Shown here: in pieces, positions 57,795 through 64,000 of the stretch
Position numbering within the stretch: position 1 is the first letter of the stretch
Layout: the number at the start of each line of letters is the position of its first letter
From: Eledone cirrhosa
Lineage: Eukaryota
NCBI GenBank assembly: GCA_964016885.1
Contig: OZ024740.1
Location: forward strand, 399,962,001-400,026,000
Length of the DNA stretch: 64,000 nt
Reading direction: 5' to 3'
The notes under the pieces: model-generated
Database searches by the model: none
Told to the model about the DNA's origin: nothing
The model's input: only the letters and a program-made list of their open reading frames with translations
Position numbers and translations under genes: made by a program

Positions 57795-59207
57795 CGCCAC
57801 CAACACCAACACCACCAGCACCAGCACCACCACCACTACCACCAGCAGCACCACCACCAGCAACAGCACCACCACCACCACTACTACCACCACCAGCACC
57901 ACCACCACCACCAATACTACCACCACCACCACCACCACCACCACTACTACCACCACCAGCAGCAGCAGCACCACCACCACCACCACCACCAATACTACCA
58001 CCACCATCACCACCACCACCACTACTACCACCACCAGCAGCAGCACCACCACCACCACCACCACCACCACCACCACCACCACCACCACCACTACTACCAC
58101 TACCAGCAGCACCACCAGCAGCACCAACACCACCACTACTACCACCACCACCACCACCACCAACCACCACCACCACCAACACCACCACCACCACAAGCAC
58201 CAGCACCAGCACCAGCACCATCACCACCTCAACCATCACCACTAGCACCACCACCACCACCACCACCACTATCACCATCTCCACCACCACCACCACCACC
58301 ACCACTACTACCACCAGCAGCAGCAGCACCACCACCACCACCACCACCACCACTACTACCACTACCAGCAGCACCACCAGCAGCACCAACACCACCACTA
58401 CTACCACCACCACCACCACCACCACCATCACCACCACCACCACCAACACCACCACCACCACAAGCACCACCACTACTACCACTACCAGCAGCACCAACAC
58501 CACCACTACTACCACCACCAACCACCAACCACCACCACCACCACCACCACTACTACCACTACCAGCAGCACCACCAGCAGCACCAACACCACCACTACTA
58601 CCACCACCACCACCACCACCAACCACCACCACCACCATCACCACCACCACCACCAACACCACCACCACCACAAGCACCAGCACCATCACCACCTCAACCA
58701 TCACCACTAGCACCACCACCACCACCACCACCAGCACTATCACCATCTCCACCACCACCACCACCACCACCACTACTACCACCACCACCACCACCACCAG
58801 CAGCAGCAGCACCACCACCACCACCACCACCACCACCACCAGCACCACCACCACTACTACCACCACCACCACCACCACTAGCAGCAGCAGCACCACCACC
58901 ACCACCACCACTACTACCACTACCAGCAGCACCACCAGCAGCACCAACACCACCACTACTACCACCACCACCACCACCACCACAAGCACCAGCACCATCA
59001 CCACCTCAACCATCACCACCAGCACTATCACCACCACCACCACCACCACCACCACCAACACCACCACCACCACAAGCACCAGCACCAGCACCATCACCAC
59101 CTCAACCATCACCACTAGCACTACTTCCACCATCACCACCATCACTATCACCACCACCACCACCACCACCACCACCACCACCACCACCACCACCACCACC
59201 ACTACTA
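57795..59207. repeat. 1.4-kb imperfect (CCA)n tract with higher-order repeats
   Basis: caagcaccagcacc..atcaccacctcaaccatcacc recurs near 58194, 58671, 58983 and 59073. Confidence 0.95.
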
Positions 59208-59974
59208 CTGTCTCGGGAGACATACGGTGGCTCTCGATCTGATCAAAGGTGTTCAAGCATTACCATCACGTCTTCTTCATAAACAATGTACAAAGAAATA
59301 CATTATCATTCCCGTTCACTTGTTCTTAAGAATCTGACGTCTGATGAAATGGCGATTTGGTTGCTATTTCTAACTTCCTCGCTGGCTCGTTTAAAACTTG
59401 CGAAGTTTCCTAGGTGAGAGTATATTTTGTGATTATGATATTAAGCAGCTTAAACTATATTCGCATATGCAGCGAACGAATAATGACATTAGTCGATGAT
59501 TATTAATACCATTTATTTCTTCGACAAATTTGGATGACAACTGACGCGTTTTAATTTTTTTAAAGCTCCTCAACAAAGCGTTATAACCTCTGCATAGCTT
59601 GCCAATGTATTATCTAGAAAATCACTAGCTAATTATATTAATTCGTTCATTTGATACGAAGTAAGAGAAACTGGCAGATTAACTTTTTTTTTCGACAACG
59701 GTATTATTATCTTGTGAGACTGGTCGATATATATCAGCGTTTGTGTTACTATGATATGGGCTAAATAATTATGAAGTTCAGTTCGAAATCAGAACGAATC
59801 TGGTTCACTACCACCAAACAGTTAGTGCAAATTTCTTCTATTAAATGCTTCAGTTGAATATGTGTACTTGAAATTTGTGTTGGCTCAAATATTACGGGCG
59901 TAATGGATGGGCTGTACTGTAATTCAAATGGCTAGCTTTTCCGGACACATATTTATTAATGAAGAAACAACGGG

Positions 59975-60630
59975 AGGTAGTTTATCAGAATCGTTAGAAT
60001 GTCCTGATTTCAAATCCCACCGTCGTCAACTTTGCGTTTTATTCTTTCAGTCTTTCGGGGGTCGGTAAAATAAAGTGGTAGTCAAGTATTGGTGAAATTT
60101 TAATCAATTTTTACTCTCCAAAAAATGCTGTTCATGTGCCTTAGAAACTAAAAGCACAGAGATTTCATTGAGAATAGGTCCTATTCTTTGTTGTGGATGA
60201 AGCACCAATATATGTCTGTAAATATCGATCTGCAGAAAGATTCAAGATAGAGACATAAGTAGATTTTGTAAAGCTTTCTTTTCTTTTTTTTCTAATTAAT
60301 TCTAGGGTGAAGAACAAAGAAAAAGTTGAAAGATCAAACTTAATGAGCGAACAAATAAACGGAAAATGAAACAAAGAACTCTATGTTGGTAGAATCGTTA
60401 GAATGTCGATGAAACGTTTGCAGTATTTAGATCCAGCTCTTTACGTTCTTCGTTCAAATCCTTTCAAGGCTAACGTCCTTTTACGCGGTGTAAACCTCGG
60501 TTTGTGTTGTTTTTCTCAGCGTTGGGCAGCAGATAAACTACTTTGCGATATTTAGTTGCGGCTCTTTAAGTTGTGTTTTCAAATCCCACTCAAATTAACT
60601 TTGTCTTTCATTCTTCCGGGATTAATAAAA
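59975..60630 (+). mobile_element. Cluster of old, diverged SINE fragments
   Basis: agaatcgttagaatgtc, ttcaaatcc, aactttg..tt.attct, ggggtcggtaaaataaagt motifs. Confidence 0.6.
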
Positions 60631-60639
60631 CTGGATTGA

Positions 60640-60730
60640 TAAAACGGGATTGATAAAATGGGATCGATTTAATGGAATTCCTATAAAACGGGATTGATAA
60701 AATGGGATCGATTTAATGGAATTCCTATAA
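60640..60730. repeat. Tandem duplication of about 45 bp
   Basis: taaaacgggattgataaaatgggatcgatttaatggaattccta occurs twice. Confidence 0.9.
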
Positions 60731-61553
60731 GGCATTCTATATCTGATTGGAATTATAGCAAACAACCTAGACCAGGAACCCAAACATTAAAAACAAATAT
60801 GCAAAACATAACATGGGAGAGAGGAATGGAGAGAAGAGAAAGTGAGAGAAAAAAAGTTTCCTTACTGGTTTTAATCACTAGACTGCGACCATGCTGGGGC
60901 ACTGGCTTGAAAGGATTTAGTCAATCATATCAATCCTATCTAGTATTTATTTCATCAATTTCTTCGTGTCGAACAGCTAGTTCACATAACTTAAATAAAC
61001 AATAACACACACACACACATATATATTTGACAGCTTTTGCAAGTTTTGGCTCGCAGATTTCACTCATATGACATTCGTCAATCAAAAGTTTATAGTAGAG
61101 GATAATTTCGCTAGATGCCACACAGCAGGACAGAACCCGAAAGCAGGTGGTTGTGAAGCAAAATCCTGCACCAGACAGCCATGTCTGCGCCAATAGGTGA
61201 AAGAATAATTATGAAAGAAACAGTTTATCTCGTGTGTAGTACAGACAACAGGCCAACTAGTCGAAGCAAACCGAGCAACCTTCAAAGAATGTTCCTATTC
61301 ATATACATATATAAACAGACCATTTAAGATTAAGGTATGATAAGTTACTTTTAGTGTGCATAAGAAATGTTTTAAATGGAAGGCAAAGGAATTGCATTCG
61401 TAAAACAAACATCATTAGCTAACTTTCGGACTCAAAATATAGATTCACATAAAGATAGCGACATATGTTTAAAACGTATCTGCATAATTACGTACACACA
61501 CACATTAACATATGTAGATATGTTCAGGAATGATATACATATATGTATATACT

Positions 61554-61650
<97 letters not shown>

Positions 61651-61822
61651 ATATATATATATCTATATCTACATACACATATATTCTCTGTATAGTTGTG
61701 TGTGTGTGTGTGTGTGTTAGTGTGTGTCTGTTTTTGCGAATGTATGAGAATACCTATATACTTATATACACACGCAGACATATATATATTTGTATATACA
61801 TATGTATTTGTGTGTGTGTGTG

Positions 61823-61925
<103 letters not shown>

Positions 61926-62059
61926 ATATATGAACCCGTAATGCAATTTCTAGGCCTTTTTACACGTGGTGGAGACCATCTCCTCTTCAGGTCAGATTTC
62001 TTCCAGAGAAGGAGAGAAAGTAAGAGAAAGCAAGTGAGAAAGAGGTATAGAGGAGAATC

Positions 62060-62215
62060 GACCCAGTAGTAGACTGGTACTTTTTATAGCGACCTTAAAT
62101 GAATGTAAGGCAAAGTTGACCTTGGCAGGAATAGAACTCACAGAGCAGAGATTCGGAACGGATACCACGAAGCATTCTATCCGACCTTTTAACGCCTCTG
62201 CCAATTCAACGCCTG
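62060..62215 (-). mobile_element. Diverged SINE
   Basis: gactggtactttttatagcgacc..ggcaaagttgacct..gaactca..ctgccaattca. Confidence 0.7.
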
Positions 62216-62268
<53 letters not shown>

Positions 62269-62631
62269 CGTGCACATACATACATACATATATACATACA
62301 CACATACATGCAGACATAAATATATACATATATACACACATACACACATACATACGAACGTACATACATACATATATACATACATACATACATATATGCA
62401 TACATACATATATGCACTGTCTGGTTCTGTAATATGCCGAGACCATATGAGTAGGTGGCTATTATGTGTGGATGTATGTTTATCTGTCTGTTTCTATATA
62501 TGTATGTATGTATGTATGCGTGTATATATGTATGTATGTAAGTACGCATGTATATATATATGTAGGCATGTATGTATGCATGTCTATGTGTTAGCATGTA
62601 TATATGTATGTATGTATGTATGTAAGTACGC

Positions 62632-62720
<89 letters not shown>

Positions 62721-62819
62721 TATATATATATATATTATATATATTATATATATTATATATATATATATATATTATATATATTATATATATTATATATATT
62801 ATATATATATATGCCTACA

Positions 62820-62885
<66 letters not shown>

Positions 62886-62904
62886 GGCATGTATGCATGT
62901 CTAT

Positions 62905-63186
62905 GTGTTAGCATGTACGTATGCATGTCTATATGTTAGCATGTATGTATGTATCTATGTATGTAAGTAAGTACGAATGTCTATATGTAGGCATGTACGT
63001 ATGCATGTCTATATGTTAGCATGTATGTATGTATCTATGTATGTAAGTAAGTACGAATGTCTATATGTAGGCATGTACGTATGCATGTCTATATGTTAGC
63101 ATGTATGTATGTATCTATGTATGTAAGTAAGTACGAATGTCTATATGTAGGCATGTACGTATGCATGTCTATATGTTAGCATGTAT
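62905..63186. repeat. 80-bp tandem repeat, about 3.5 copies
   Basis: gtaagtaagtacgaatgtctatatgtaggcatgtacgt recurs with period 80. Confidence 0.9.
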
Positions 63187-63522
63187 ATATATTTATGTAG
63201 TTTGGGAACTAAGTAGATATAAACATGCCCCGAAGTTTATACAGGCTTAATCTAAGTGCAATCGTACAAAAACACTCACATGTCATATTATTTATATACA
63301 TGTGTCTATATGTACTTGCTGTAGTAGCAGTGTTAATATGTATGTATATGATGATGTTTCCCTATATGTTTGTTATTTCTCTTGTTCGTCTTGTTGTTGT
63401 CGGTCTTGCTCATGTCTTTCTTACTTGTGAGATATCTTTCTATTTATATCTATGCCCTTTCACTCATGTCCCGTACCTCTTCAATCAAACTACTGCTATC
63501 AATGTACCTGCTTTAACTCATG

Positions 63523-63553
<31 letters not shown>

Positions 63554-63682
63554 CACACACATACATATACATACACACACGCGTGTATCTATGTAGGTTT
63601 ATATATGTATATATATATATATAGATATATTTAATGAGTTGACGGACCCAGCATATTTATCAATATATATATATATTGATAA

Positions 63683-63796
<114 letters not shown>

Positions 63797-64000
63797 ATAT
63801 GTATATGCACACACACACACACAGACACATATATATGTGTGTGTATAAACTTATGGGAATCAAGATAAGAGGAGAAGACGACGATCGAAAACAAGGCAAA
63901 ACGAAAACCAGTTTTTTTAAAGGGGAAACCTTATTAAAATGATATTTTTTGATAATAAGAATACAAACGAAAGTCACAGAACTCCAGGGCCATCAGCCGT

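Noticed and set aside
57603-59282. 559-aa Leu/His/Pro-rich ORF resembling an extensin or formin
   Set aside because: Entirely trinucleotide repeat, non-ATG start, open on both strands, no domain.

Overview
AT-rich, repeat-saturated animal genomic DNA with no recognisable host protein-coding gene. The SINE, MITE and microsatellite content resembles an octopus (coleoid cephalopod) genome; this is an inference from repeat style, not a database result. Most long ORFs in the track are artefacts of (TA)n, (CA)n, (CCA)n or minisatellite tracts. Genuine coding remnants all belong to transposable elements: L1/Tx1 LINEs (1-1.6 kb, 14.9-15.2 kb, 45.8-47.3 kb), four Penelope-like elements (PLEs; RT and/or GIY-YIG at 12-13.7, 29.1-31.9, 35.6-37.7 and 39.5-40.0 kb), RTE, CRE-like and Jockey/CR1-like fragments, and two mariners. 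There are also about 15 tRNA-derived SINEs. The most interesting signal is a dense set of type I hammerhead ribozyme (HHR) motifs, read by eye: intact at 11489, 20138 and 40757; variant at 12186, 29342, 31721, 40234 and 40524; partial at 10860, 28360, 32167, 34140 and 41835. They lie in several distinct families of short non-coding elements and in PLE ends. Most of these elements are embedded in (TA)n tracts and many are head-to-head fold-back palindromes whose centres fall inside the ribozyme. This suggests a (TA)n-targeted, ribozyme-processed retroelement system (PLEs plus retrozyme-like satellites) that generates genomic hairpins by twin priming or snap-back. Coordinates were counted manually and repeat boundaries are approximate.
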